From NCBI GenBank assembly GCA_023431215.1, contig JAEYXR010000048.1, positions 2,995-66,994 on the forward strand: a stretch of 64,000 nt of DNA, written 5' to 3'. The translations under genes and the position numbers were made by a program. The notes beneath the pieces were generated by a model. The model made no database searches. It had not been told where the DNA came from and saw nothing but the letters and a program-made list of their open reading frames with translations. This stretch comes from Bacillota bacterium. Its GTDB lineage: Bacteria; Bacillota; Clostridia; Oscillospirales; Ruminococcaceae. Below are positions 19,940 through 29,988 of this stretch, piece after piece (the stretch's first letter is position 1; every line of letters starts with the position of its first letter).

Positions 19940-20199
19940 GTCAAATTCCTCCACGCTCTTCAAAATATTGTGCCCGGCGCCTGCATTGCCATACCAAAAA
20001 AGCCTATGCACACCACCGAATATATAAATGTTATTTTAGCATAGTTTGTGGCTTTTGCAAAGGCTGCGGAACCTACCAAAGCCTTTGGGAACGTAAACAT
20101 TTCTTAAACAAACTTGAAACGATCAGTCCATTCCTTGACACCTGTTATGAATCGGGTTAGAATAAATAAGCTAATTTATAAAAAGGGGGAAACAAAACC

Positions 20200-20712
20200 T
20201 TGCAGCGGCTTATGCTGATTATTGCCAGTATCATTGTAACTATTATTTTTGCGCTTCAGGGTTTTGCACCCAAGTACACCATGCCCACTGCCGATGAACT
20301 AAAGGCCGGGGAGGTCCGTACCGTGGGCGACCCGGAAACGGCGCTTAGTGAAATCTATTTTGATGTCTCTATTCTGGGGGTGGAGGAAGTCACCCCGCAA
20401 AAGCTGGAAGAAGAATTTGGTATTGACCCCTTTATCTACACCTACTGCGGCGGCCGCTATACCAACGGACGTTACGGCATTGCCGATGTCATCTTGCTCT
20501 ATCCCCGCTCCGGTTACGAGGACGAGGTGCGCGAAGCGCTTCAAACCATTAAGCTTTCCCGTATTAATTTATTTAAAAACTACGATGTTTATAATTCTCA
20601 CGACCTTGCCGAAAACGGCACCATTGCCCGCCGCGGCGGCTACTACATCCTCACCATGATAGATAACGAAGAAGCTGTCTGGGACATTTTGGAGGAATAC
20701 ATTCCCCGCTAA
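20200..20712 (+). CDS. Secreted DUF4358-like protein
   Basis: Signal/TM segment; FGIDP..ADVILL..F.NY..G.I..RGGYYIL pattern resembling the 36623-37159 protein. Confidence 0.6.
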   Translation: MQRLMLIIASIIVTIIFALQGFAPKYTMPTADELKAGEVRTVGDPETALSEIYFDVSILGVEEVTPQKLEEEFGIDPFIYTYCGGRYTNGRYGIADVILLYPRSGYEDEVREALQTIKLSRINLFKNYDVYNSHDLAENGTIARRGGYYILTMIDNEEAVWDILEEYIPR

Positions 20713-20772
20713 GGTTACTGCAAAAAGTTCGGTTCTATTGTCTTTTTTCTTTTTAATAACCAAAACAAGCTG

Positions 20773-20810
20773 AAAGCCCTTCTGTACTTTACTTACAGAA
20801 GGGCTTTTTT
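20773..20810. terminator. Terminator between convergent genes
   Basis: AAAGCCCTTCTGTA...TACAGAAGGGCTTTTTT. Confidence 0.85.
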
Positions 20811-20824
20811 GGTTTGTTGGAAGA

Positions 20825-23434
20825 TTAGTCTTTGTATACCACCAGGTCCCCATCGCGGTAATCCACGGTAAGGCGGGTATCGGGAGCCAAATCCTCGGCA
20901 ATCATCATTCTGGCAATCAAGGTTTCAATCCGGCTTTGGATAAACCTCTTTAGTGGGCGGGCGCCATAAATGGGGTCATAACCCTCGTCGATAACATATT
21001 CCTTGGCACGAGGGGTAAGAACCAAGTCCAGCTGTTTTTCCTGCAAACGGCGGCGCAAATTTTCCATCAGCAGGTCTACCACACAGCTAATTTCCACCTT
21101 GTTCAAAGGCTTATAGAACACAATTTCATCCAGACGGTTGAGGAATTCGGGACGGAAAGAAATCTTCAGCAGCTCTTCCACCTGCTTCCGTGCCTCACTG
21201 CTGATGGAGCAGTTCTCATCTATGCCATCCAAAATATAGGATGAGCCAAGGTTGGAGGTAAGAATGATGATGGTGTTTTTAAAGTCTACGGTGCGGCCCT
21301 GACTGTCGGTAATACGGCCGTCATCCAGCACCTGCAGCAAAACGTTGAACACATCGGGATGCGCCTTTTCTACCTCGTCAAACAGTACCACAGAGTAGGG
21401 TCTGCGGCGTACAGCCTCGGTGAGCTGACCACCTTCCTCGTACCCTACATATCCCGGAGGCGCCCCAATGAGGCGGCTAACAGAGTATTTCTCCATATAC
21501 TCGGACATATCAATGCGGACAATGTTGCTGTCATCGTCAAACAAGGCCTGTGCCAGCGCCTTGGCAAGTTCGGTTTTGCCCACACCGGTGGGGCCAAGGA
21601 ACAAGAAGGAGCCAATGGGCCTGCCCGCATCCTGTATTCCTGCACGGGAGCGCAGAATGGCTTCGCTTACCTTTTTAACAGCTTCGTCCTGACCAATGAC
21701 ACGCTGGTGCAAAATTTCCTCCAGACGCAGCAGCTTGTCACGCTCTCCCTCCATCAAGCGGGCAACGGGGATAGAGGTCCAACGGGCAATAATCTTTGCA
21801 ATCTCCTCGTCGGTAACACGGTCGCGGAGCAGCCTGTCACCACCCTTTTGCTGGGCCTCCTCAGCTTTTCTTTCCTCGGCCTCCAGCTGTTTTTGCAGCT
21901 CCGGCAGCCGTCCGTATTTCAGCTCGGCAGCCTTGTTCAGGTCATACTCCCGCTGCGCCTTTTCAATGTCGGCATTTACCTGCTCCAATTCTTCGCGTAG
22001 CTTTTGTACCGAGCCAATGGCGCTCTTTTCATTTTCCCAGCGGGCTTTCATTTCTTTAAAAGAGGCACGCAAGTCTGCAAGCTCTTTTTGAATTTCTGCC
22101 AGATGCTCCTTAGAAAGCTTATCGCTTTCTTTTTTCAGGGCTGCTTCCTCAATCTCGTGCTGCATAATCTTGCGGCTCACCTCATCCAGCTCGGTGGGCA
22201 TGCTGTCCATTTCGGTACGCACCATGGCACAGGCCTCGTCGATGAGGTCTATGGCCTTATCTGGAAGAAAACGGTCGCTGATGTATCGGTTGGACAGCGT
22301 AGCGGCAGCAATGAGCGCCTGGTCCTGAATCTTGACACCGTGGTATACCTCGTAGCGCTCTTTTAAGCCGCGCAAAATGGATATGGTGTCCTCCACCGTA
22401 GGCTCTCCCACCAGCACAGGCTGGAAGCGGCGCTCCAAAGCGGCATCCTTTTCAATATACTGGCGGTACTCGTTAAGGGTAGTGGCACCAATGAAGTGCA
22501 GCTCGCCACGGGCCAGCATAGGCTTTAACAGGTTGCCCGCATCCATGCTGCCCTCGGTTTTGCCCGCACCCACAATGGTGTGTAGCTCATCGATAAATAG
22601 GATAATGCGGCCCTCGCTCTTTTTAATTTCTCCCAGCACCGCCTTAAGGCGTTCCTCAAACTCACCCCTGAACTTGGCGCCTGCAATCAGCGCCCCCATA
22701 TCCAGAGAAAAGATTTTCCGGTCACGCAGGTTTGCAGGTACGTCGCCCCGGACAATTCTTAGTGCCAACCCTTCGGCGATGGCGGTTTTGCCCACCCCCG
22801 GCTCACCGATGAGCACAGGGTTGTTTTTTGTTTTACGGCTCAGGATGCGAATAACATTTCTAATTTCACTGTCACGGCCAATAACAGGGTCCAGCTTGTT
22901 GTTGCGGGCCAGCTCCACCAAGTCCTGACCGTATTTGCTCAGGGCGTCGTAGGTGTCCTCGGGACTGTCGGTGGTGACACGGGTGTTGCCCCTGACAGCA
23001 GCCAGAGCGGTTAAAAACTTGTTTTTGTCTACGCCAAATTGCTCCATCAGGCGTTTCAGGCTGCCGGTGGCGCCTTCAATAACCGCAAGCATCACATGTT
23101 CTACCGAGACAAAGTCATCCTTCATATGCGCGGCTTGCTTTTCGGCACCCAACAGCATTTTATCCACTTCGGGAGAAATGTAAATTTTGCCCTGCTCGCG
23201 CCCCGGGCCGGAAACACCGGGAATTTGTGCCAAAAGCTGCTGGTTTTGATAGGTCATCCCATCGGCATCTACGCCCATTTTGGTCAGAAGCTGCGGAATC
23301 AACCCACCCTCCTGAGTGAGGAGCGCATAGCAGAGATGCTCCGGAGCTATCTGCACATTACCTCGCTGAAGGGCTGCATCCTGGGCCAGCTGCAAAGCCT
23401 CCAGAGATTTTTGAGTAAATTTTTGAACATTCAT
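20825..23434 (-). CDS. clpB: ATP-dependent chaperone ClpB
   Basis: Two AAA+ modules ([16 protein letters not shown]) and a long coiled-coil M domain; ATG 23434 after GGAGG. Confidence 0.97.
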   Translation of the reverse strand: MNVQKFTQKSLEALQLAQDAALQRGNVQIAPEHLCYALLTQEGGLIPQLLTKMGVDADGMTYQNQQLLAQIPGVSGPGREQGKIYISPEVDKMLLGAEKQAAHMKDDFVSVEHVMLAVIEGATGSLKRLMEQFGVDKNKFLTALAAVRGNTRVTTDSPEDTYDALSKYGQDLVELARNNKLDPVIGRDSEIRNVIRILSRKTKNNPVLIGEPGVGKTAIAEGLALRIVRGDVPANLRDRKIFSLDMGALIAGAKFRGEFEERLKAVLGEIKKSEGRIILFIDELHTIVGAGKTEGSMDAGNLLKPMLARGELHFIGATTLNEYRQYIEKDAALERRFQPVLVGEPTVEDTISILRGLKERYEVYHGVKIQDQALIAAATLSNRYISDRFLPDKAIDLIDEACAMVRTEMDSMPTELDEVSRKIMQHEIEEAALKKESDKLSKEHLAEIQKELADLRASFKEMKARWENEKSAIGSVQKLREELEQVNADIEKAQREYDLNKAAELKYGRLPELQKQLEAEERKAEEAQQKGGDRLLRDRVTDEEIAKIIARWTSIPVARLMEGERDKLLRLEEILHQRVIGQDEAVKKVSEAILRSRAGIQDAGRPIGSFLFLGPTGVGKTELAKALAQALFDDDSNIVRIDMSEYMEKYSVSRLIGAPPGYVGYEEGGQLTEAVRRRPYSVVLFDEVEKAHPDVFNVLLQVLDDGRITDSQGRTVDFKNTIIILTSNLGSSYILDGIDENCSISSEARKQVEELLKISFRPEFLNRLDEIVFYKPLNKVEISCVVDLLMENLRRRLQEKQLDLVLTPRAKEYVIDEGYDPIYGARPLKRFIQSRIETLIARMMIAEDLAPDTRLTVDYRDGDLVVYKD

Positions 23435-23538
23435 GCTGCTTTCCTCCTTATCGTTTTTATCGCTGCTTTGGCAGCGGTCAGTCAGCATTGCTTCTTTTGT
23501 TTTGCTTAAAAAAGATTAGTTTATTGATTGCATGATTC

Positions 23539-23580
23539 ATTGTATCATCAGTTTTAGCACTCGTCAATATAGAGTGCTAA
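23539..23580 (-). promoter_or_regulatory. CIRCE (HrcA operator) overlapping the clpB SigA promoter
   Basis: TTAGCACTC-N9-GAGTGCTAA at 23554-23580; TTGACG (23567-23562), 17 nt, TACAAT (23544-23539). Confidence 0.95.
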
Positions 23581-23830
23581 TCATTCATAAATATTTTACA
23601 ATCTTAGTGAATGGCTGCACCTTTCATGAAAAAACTAAGGCATCTAAAAGCCCTGCTTAACATCTTGCGTTGTATTAACCCAAGGTATCCTTTTTAATTT
23701 GGTCAATCTGTGGAGCCATCCTGCATATACTGTTATGAACAACGGAGTTGATGGCGTACCGGCACTGCAACTTTGCAGTATATGGTACTAGCCTGTGCTC
23801 CGTTTATTTTTTTGCCGGGAGATGACCAAT

Positions 23831-25693
23831 ATGTGTGGTATTGCAGGATTTTGCAATTTTGAAAATGATTTTTTGGTTAACAAGAGCCTTGAACAAAGCA
23901 GTCTGCAAACCTTAGTGCAGATGCGTACCGCCATTGCACACAGAGGCAATGACCAAACAGGCCAATACCTACGCCCCCATGCAGGACTAAGCCACACCAG
24001 GCTTTCTATCCGCGACCTGAGCATGGGGGCACAGCCCATTGTCCGCCAAAAACAGCAGCAGGAATATGCCATTGTGTACAACGGTGAAATTTATAATGCC
24101 CAAGAGCTTACCCTGGACTTAAAGTCCAAAGGATACGAATTTTACACCACTACCGATACCGAAGTTATTCTGTACGCCTATATGGAATACGGAGAAAGCT
24201 GTGTCAAGCTGCTAAATGGTATTTTTGCTTTTGCTATTTGGGACGATGCCAAAGAAAAGCTGCTGCTGTTCCGCGACCGTATGGGAGTAAAACCGCTTTT
24301 TTATACCGTCCAAAACGGGCTGCTGGTGTTCGGCTCCGAAATTAAGGCGATTTTTGCCCATTCCCAAATCAAACCACTTGTGGACACAGACAGCTTTCGT
24401 GAAATTTTTGGCATCGGCCCGGCACGCACCGAGGGCTGCGGGGTATTTAAGAATATTCAGGAAATAGAGGCAGGCTGTTATGCCGTGTTTGACCAAAAGG
24501 GTATTCACCATCACCTCTACTGGGATTTGGAAAGCCACCCCCACACTGACAGCTATGCCCAGACAGTGGATACCGTGTCTTTTTTGGTCAGGGATGCCAT
24601 TACCCGCCAAATGATCTCGGACGTTCCTGTATGCAGCTTTTTATCCGGAGGCATCGACTCCAGTATTGTCACTGCTGTGGCTGCCGACTTCATGAAAAAA
24701 TCCGGATCACAGCTGAACACCTTTTCCTTTGACTTTGCCGGCAACGACAAATACTTTGCCTCCAACGCCTTTCAGCCGGAGCGGGACCGCCCCTATGTGG
24801 ATATTATGCTGTCCTGCATTGATACCAACCATACTTACCTAAATTGTGACGAAGCTTCCCTTGTCCGCTTGTTGCCCGACGCTATGATAGCCAAGGATTT
24901 GCCCGGCATGGCAGACGTAGATGCCTCTTTGTTGTATTTTTGCCGGCTGGTTAAAGAAAAAAACAAGGTTGCCCTGACAGGAGAGTGCGCCGACGAAATT
25001 TTTGGAGGCTACCCCTGGTTTTATCGGCAGGAGCTGCTGGAGGGCACCGGCTTTCCCTGGTCTAAAAACCTTGCTGTGCGTCAATGCCTGCTCAACGATA
25101 GCGTGATACGCCGTTTGGAGCTGGAAAGCTTTGTGCACGAACGGTATGAAAGCTCGGTAAAAAAAGTTCCCATACTGGAGGGAGAATCGGCAGCCGAGGC
25201 CCGTCGCAGGGTGGTGGGTTACCTTAACATCAAATGGTTTATGCAAACCCTGCTGGACCGAATGGACCGAGCCAGTATGCAAAACGGTCTGGAGGCGCGG
25301 GTGCCCTTTGCCGACCACAGAATTGTGGAGTATGTATTCAATGTTCCCTGGGAGATGAAGTATCAGAACGGTGTGGAAAAAGCATTGCTGCGAGATGCTT
25401 GCGCCAATCTTTTGCCCAAAGAGCTTCTGTACCGTAAAAAGAGCCCTTACCCCAAAACCTATCACCCGGACTACGAATTGCATCTAAAGGAACAGATGCT
25501 TTGTTTACTGTCCAACACCGCTGCACCACTTCATTTGTTAATAGATAAGGCAAAGGTGCTGCAGTTTATGGAGGAACCGGCACAAGCCGGAAAGCCCTGG
25601 TTTGGTCAGCTGATGGTAGCCCCACAAATGCTTGCGTATTTGCTGCAAATTAACGAATGGCTTATCCATTACCAGCCCATTATTGACTTGTAA
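23831..25693 (+). CDS. asnO: Glutamine-hydrolysing asparagine synthetase, AsnO-like
   Basis: N-terminal MCGIAG, LSGGIDSS, DLPGMADVDASL..GECADEIFGGYPWF. Confidence 0.9.
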   Translation: MCGIAGFCNFENDFLVNKSLEQSSLQTLVQMRTAIAHRGNDQTGQYLRPHAGLSHTRLSIRDLSMGAQPIVRQKQQQEYAIVYNGEIYNAQELTLDLKSKGYEFYTTTDTEVILYAYMEYGESCVKLLNGIFAFAIWDDAKEKLLLFRDRMGVKPLFYTVQNGLLVFGSEIKAIFAHSQIKPLVDTDSFREIFGIGPARTEGCGVFKNIQEIEAGCYAVFDQKGIHHHLYWDLESHPHTDSYAQTVDTVSFLVRDAITRQMISDVPVCSFLSGGIDSSIVTAVAADFMKKSGSQLNTFSFDFAGNDKYFASNAFQPERDRPYVDIMLSCIDTNHTYLNCDEASLVRLLPDAMIAKDLPGMADVDASLLYFCRLVKEKNKVALTGECADEIFGGYPWFYRQELLEGTGFPWSKNLAVRQCLLNDSVIRRLELESFVHERYESSVKKVPILEGESAAEARRRVVGYLNIKWFMQTLLDRMDRASMQNGLEARVPFADHRIVEYVFNVPWEMKYQNGVEKALLRDACANLLPKELLYRKKSPYPKTYHPDYELHLKEQMLCLLSNTAAPLHLLIDKAKVLQFMEEPAQAGKPWFGQLMVAPQMLAYLLQINEWLIHYQPIIDL

Positions 25694-25715
25694 TTCTTTT
25701 TTTGGGCACAAAAGC

Positions 25716-25753
25716 ACGGGAGAGAAGAATCCATGAATTCTTCTCTCCCGTTT
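25716..25753. terminator. Terminator hairpin
   Basis: ACGGGAGAGAAGAAT...ATTCTTCTCTCCCGT. Confidence 0.75.
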
Positions 25754-25788
25754 ATGGGCCTTATTCTATGATAAAGTGAGGTTGGGGT

Positions 25789-26136
25789 TTAGTCACACTG
25801 ACAAAAGGGTGGAGGCAGTATCCGCATGTCGTCGGGGTATCCCATGAGAACCACACTGGTGACCCTTCCATGAAAAGCTTCCTGGTAGGCCTCATTTACC
25901 ACAGCACGTAGTACAGCAACCTTATCTTCCAGGTAAGGAACCTCCCGATAGGTGGTGAGCACAAAAAACGTGTTGGCTGCACTAGCATCCTGATAAAGCT
26001 GCAAACCGCAGTAAAATTCACAAAAACGATCAAGCAGCATCCGGTTCAGCTCCGTTAGGAACTTTATATACTGTGTTTGAAGGTCTGCAGGTACCAAAAC
26101 CTGCTTTACCGCAACATTGATAATTGAAAGGTTCAT
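25789..26136 (-). CDS. Hypothetical protein, 115 aa
   Basis: Clean ORF with a strong RBS (GGGAGGTG); no family recognised. Confidence 0.6.
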   Translation of the reverse strand: MNLSIINVAVKQVLVPADLQTQYIKFLTELNRMLLDRFCEFYCGLQLYQDASAANTFFVLTTYREVPYLEDKVAVLRAVVNEAYQEAFHGRVTSVVLMGYPDDMRILPPPFCQCD

Positions 26137-26573
26137 AAAAACACCTCCCGTTTATAGTATACTACGGTCAGTGTCAAGACGTTCCTTCCAGTTTATGCTT
26201 AATTTAGCCTTTGGTATTTAACAATAGTTCTGCCTGCTCATATATAAATACAACATTTCACTTTCTTTCAATTTAATTAGAAGCCGTCAAAAGTGAGAGG
26301 GCAAGCGCAGCGCTTGCCCTCTCACTGTCGTTCCAAATATAACACAAATCCGAACCCTTTGCCAACAGGTACAACCTGTCGTGAGTGGTTCGGATCTTTA
26401 TGATTTGTGAGTTGGTGGCAAAATAGATGCCGCAAACTTTTTGGTTTTCGGAAGGAAAGAGATGTGTGAAAGGAAAACCATCAGGATTGTCACCTTCGCG
26501 TTGAGCGCAGCGGATAACCCGCCAGCAGGCATGTCCAAATAAAAAAGCACCGCCAAAGCGATGCTTTTTTATT

Positions 26574-26657
26574 TGGTGCGGATAACAGGACTTGAACCTG
26601 CACGTCGGGGACACTAGATCCTAAGTCTAGCGCGTCTGCCAATTCCGCCATATCCGC
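26574..26657 (-). tRNA. tRNA-Leu (UAG)
   Basis: GCGGATATGGCGGAATTGGCAGACGCG-CTAGA CTTAGGA TCTAG-variable arm-GGTTCAAGTCC..CCGCACCA. Confidence 0.96.
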
Positions 26658-26740
26658 ATATAGCAAACGGCAGGAAAAGACCTTGCCGTTTTCTACAATA
26701 ATGATACCTACCACCAAAAGGTGGCTTTTGTAACTTGCTT

Positions 26741-26769
26741 ATTATATCATCCAAGCAAAAGTGTGTCAA
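26741..26769 (-). promoter_or_regulatory. Consensus SigA promoter for tRNA-Leu(UAG)
   Basis: TTGACA, 17 nt, TATAAT. Confidence 0.85.
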
Positions 26770-26818
26770 TGCGGTTTTTTAGGTTTTGGTAACTTGGTAA
26801 ATACAAAATAAAATTTAT

Positions 26819-28084
26819 TTACAGTTTTATTAAACCTTTTTTACAAAGCTCCTGTGCAGAAAGGATGACACCGGCACGCCCGGCGGGGTAGGTAAGGCCG
26901 CCTTGAAGCCATACTGCATAAGGAGGGCGCAGGGGTGCATCTGCCGAAAGCTCAATGGAAGCACCCATGGTAAAGGCGCCTGCAGCCATAATGACAGGGC
27001 TTTCGTAGCCGGGCATGTCCCAAGGCTCCGGAACAACAAAGGAATCAACGGGAGACCCCTTTTGAATCCCCTGGCAGATGGCAATAAGCTCATCGGGCCC
27101 GCCGGTAAGCACCGACTGGATGATATCGGTACGCGCTTCATCAAAGCGTGGGGTGACCTGATACCCCAGCTGGCTATAAAGTGCGGCAGCAAAAACCGCA
27201 GTTTTGACTGCACTGGCCACCACCTGGGGAGCCAGAAAAATACCCAGATACAAGCTGCGGAGCACATCCATAGTACAGCCTACCTCTTTGCCCATACCGG
27301 GGCAGGTCAGGCGGTAGCCGCACAGCTCCACCAAATCCTTGCGGCCTGCTATGTAGCCGCCTGTGGGGGCGATACCGGCACCCAGGTTTTTGATGAGCGA
27401 GCCGGCTACAAGGTCTGCACCCACCTGGGTGGGTTCTTTTTTTTCCACCAGCTCGCCATAGCAGTTATCCACCATGACAATTACCTGGGGATTCACCTTT
27501 TTGGCGGTGGCGGTAATTTTCTCAATAACCTCTATGGTGAGAGAAGGACGCAGGCTGTATCCGCGAGAACGCTGGATATATACCATTTTTGCTCCTAAGG
27601 CGGCTTTGGCAATACCGTCAAAATCGGGAGTACCGTCGGACAACAGGTCTACCTGTGCGTATTCCACACCAAACTCACGCAGAGAACCGGTGTTTTCCCC
27701 GCGAATACCAATGGTCTCCTCCATGGTGTCATAGGGGCTGCCGGTTACCGAGACCATTTTGTCGCCTGGGCGCAACACCCCAAACAAGGCAGTTGCCAGT
27801 GCGTGTGTACCCGAAACAAAGGTGTGACGCACAAGGGCATCCTCTGCACCAAAAATATTAGCATACACCTTGTCCAAATCGTCCCGGCCTCGGTCGTCAT
27901 AGCCGTAGCCGGTGGTGCCTTTGAGATGTGCTTCACTAATGCGGTTGTTGCGGAATGCTGCCAGCACCTTTGCTGTGTTATAACCGGCAATTTGGTCAAT
28001 GCGGGCAAAGGCTTCCCCACACAGTCCCTCAGCCTTTTGTGCCAAGGCATCCAGCTTGGGGTCTATTTCAAAAAATTCAGTCAT
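26819..28084 (-). CDS. YnbB / aluminium-resistance family PLP enzyme (methionine gamma-lyase-like)
   Basis: TTGYGYDDRGRD, VSGTHAL, QRSRGY, VDNCYGE, GSLIKN, IELSADAP. Confidence 0.9.
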   Translation of the reverse strand: MTEFFEIDPKLDALAQKAEGLCGEAFARIDQIAGYNTAKVLAAFRNNRISEAHLKGTTGYGYDDRGRDDLDKVYANIFGAEDALVRHTFVSGTHALATALFGVLRPGDKMVSVTGSPYDTMEETIGIRGENTGSLREFGVEYAQVDLLSDGTPDFDGIAKAALGAKMVYIQRSRGYSLRPSLTIEVIEKITATAKKVNPQVIVMVDNCYGELVEKKEPTQVGADLVAGSLIKNLGAGIAPTGGYIAGRKDLVELCGYRLTCPGMGKEVGCTMDVLRSLYLGIFLAPQVVASAVKTAVFAAALYSQLGYQVTPRFDEARTDIIQSVLTGGPDELIAICQGIQKGSPVDSFVVPEPWDMPGYESPVIMAAGAFTMGASIELSADAPLRPPYAVWLQGGLTYPAGRAGVILSAQELCKKGLIKL

Positions 28085-28183
28085 GTACCTATTCCTTATC
28101 ATTCTATTAGTTTTATGCAATTTAACATCTACTCTCTGTGCCAATATGGGAGTTAGCCAATACGGATAGAACCAAACTGTTGT

Positions 28184-28945
28184 TTACTTATTAACAACAC
28201 CACAGGAGTACTGTTGAAAAAAACCTGCCTGAATGTAAAAGGGCACCAGCTCCTCCCGGCAGGCAAGCACCGGCTGGTGACCCGCTGCAAGGCTTTGTGC
28301 AGCAAGAAAGCGCACCAGTGCCGTGGCATAGCCCTTTCCCCTATGTTGGGGCAAAGTGGCGATGCAGGTGATTGATTCCTCCAGGCCCCCACCGTAGCTA
28401 AGTGCCCCGCTGCAAACTGCCGTACCCTCATAAGTTGCTGCAAAAAAGCGGTCGGTACCCCGCCGCCAATGCAGGTGGCGGTTGGCATAAAAAGAAGCTC
28501 TGTCCGAGAGCTCCAGCAACCCGCTTTTACACACAATATCGGTAAGTTGTGTAAGGCTTGTTTCTGCAATGGTTAGTCCCTTGGGCATTGGAGCGGCGGC
28601 AGACTGACGGCAGCACAGCACTGACAGGGGAGAAACCGTAAGCCCGGTAGCCTGTGCCACCTGCTGGTCGGCCTCCAGCACATCAAAACCCTTGGCACAC
28701 AAAAAGTCTGCCATCTCCCGGGCTGCATGAGGCGGGGCACAAGAAGCAAGGGTTGCCCAGATACGTCCGCCGTTTTCCATCATCCAACCCAAAGGGGTTC
28801 CGCTTTCGTCTGTCTGCACCCAAAAATCCCGCTGAATGCCGGGGGCAAAGGTGCGCAGTCCGCAGCGGATTACCACGTTCATACAAGGGCTGCCCCCTAC
28901 CGAGGCAGGGTCAAGGCAGGATGTGTCTTGCAACCAGTGTATCAT
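28184..28945 (-). CDS. GNAT N-acetyltransferase (C-terminal domain)
   Basis: IATLPQHRGKGYA..FY...GF; ATGA overlap with the upstream peptidase. Confidence 0.75.
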   Translation of the reverse strand: MIHWLQDTSCLDPASVGGSPCMNVVIRCGLRTFAPGIQRDFWVQTDESGTPLGWMMENGGRIWATLASCAPPHAAREMADFLCAKGFDVLEADQQVAQATGLTVSPLSVLCCRQSAAAPMPKGLTIAETSLTQLTDIVCKSGLLELSDRASFYANRHLHWRRGTDRFFAATYEGTAVCSGALSYGGGLEESITCIATLPQHRGKGYATALVRFLAAQSLAAGHQPVLACREELVPFYIQAGFFQQYSCGVVNK

Positions 28946-29985
28946 GCGCCAAAGGCTTCCACCAAAGCCAGCAGCAGGTCGTAGGTGCTTTCAAAATCAC
29001 ACTTGGCGGCCATGGAATGTGCCGAGTGGATGTAACGAACGGGAACAGAAACCGCCAGTACCTTGGCACCGCCTGCGGCAGACTGGACACTGCGGCTTTC
29101 GTTACCGCCAAATACGCCTTCCTTGTTCTGCCACGCAATGTTTTTCTCCCGGGCAATTCTGGTTGCCTGGGTATACAGCTGATAGTCATAGGTGGTTCCT
29201 CTGTCTTTGTAAGAGATGACAGGGCCGTGGCGGAGTTTGCAAACCTTCTTATGGTCGGGGGCTGCGGGGGTATCTCCTGCGGTAGTGCCCTCTACGGCAA
29301 TACCGATGTCGGGGCGAACCCCAAAGGCCGCGGTGCCGCCGCCCAGGCAGCCGGTTTCTTCCTGACAGGTAAAGGCAAAGGTGCAGTCGCAGGGCAGTTC
29401 TGAAGAGATGAGTGCAATGAGCAGTGCACAGCCTGCACGGTCATCAATGGCCTTGGCAACAACACAGCCGTCTCCAATCTCCCGGTATTCCCCCACAAAG
29501 GTTACCTGGTCACCGGGGCTGACAAAGCGGGAAGCTTCCTCCTTGGTATCTACGCCGATATCCAGCTGCATCTCTTCAATTTTTGGGTATTTGTCCTTTT
29601 CACCCTCATCCAGCAGGTGGATGGGTTTGACACCAATGGTACCCGGCAAAGATTTTTCGCCTGCCAGTACCGGACGTGCGGCAGCCACCGCAGGCATAAT
29701 GCCGCCCACGTTTGCCACACGCAAAAGGCCGTTGTCTTCCACATGGGTTACCATAAAGCCAACCTCATCCATATGGGCGGAAAGCATCAGCTTTTTGGCG
29801 GCAGGATTTTTACCCTTTACCTCTGCAATGAGGTTGCCGGTGTTATCGATATGCCAGCTGTGGCAATAGTCTTTTATTTTGGAAAGAATTGCCTCACGCA
29901 CAGCGTCCTCCCTACCGGAAACACCCCGCAGCTGGGTCAGTTCTTCCAAGTTTTGATAAAATTGCTGTTTGAGTTTTTCCTGCAT
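28942..29985 (-). CDS. M42-family metallo-aminopeptidase
   Basis: SAHMDEVG, KAIDDRAG, QEETG, RYIHS. Confidence 0.9.
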   Translation of the reverse strand: MQEKLKQQFYQNLEELTQLRGVSGREDAVREAILSKIKDYCHSWHIDNTGNLIAEVKGKNPAAKKLMLSAHMDEVGFMVTHVEDNGLLRVANVGGIMPAVAAARPVLAGEKSLPGTIGVKPIHLLDEGEKDKYPKIEEMQLDIGVDTKEEASRFVSPGDQVTFVGEYREIGDGCVVAKAIDDRAGCALLIALISSELPCDCTFAFTCQEETGCLGGGTAAFGVRPDIGIAVEGTTAGDTPAAPDHKKVCKLRHGPVISYKDRGTTYDYQLYTQATRIAREKNIAWQNKEGVFGGNESRSVQSAAGGAKVLAVSVPVRYIHSAHSMAAKCDFESTYDLLLALVEAFGA

Positions 29986-29988
29986 GGC

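Noticed and set aside
26273..26717. ORFs 26273..26614 and 26490..26717
   Set aside because: They overlap the tRNA-Leu gene and its terminator.
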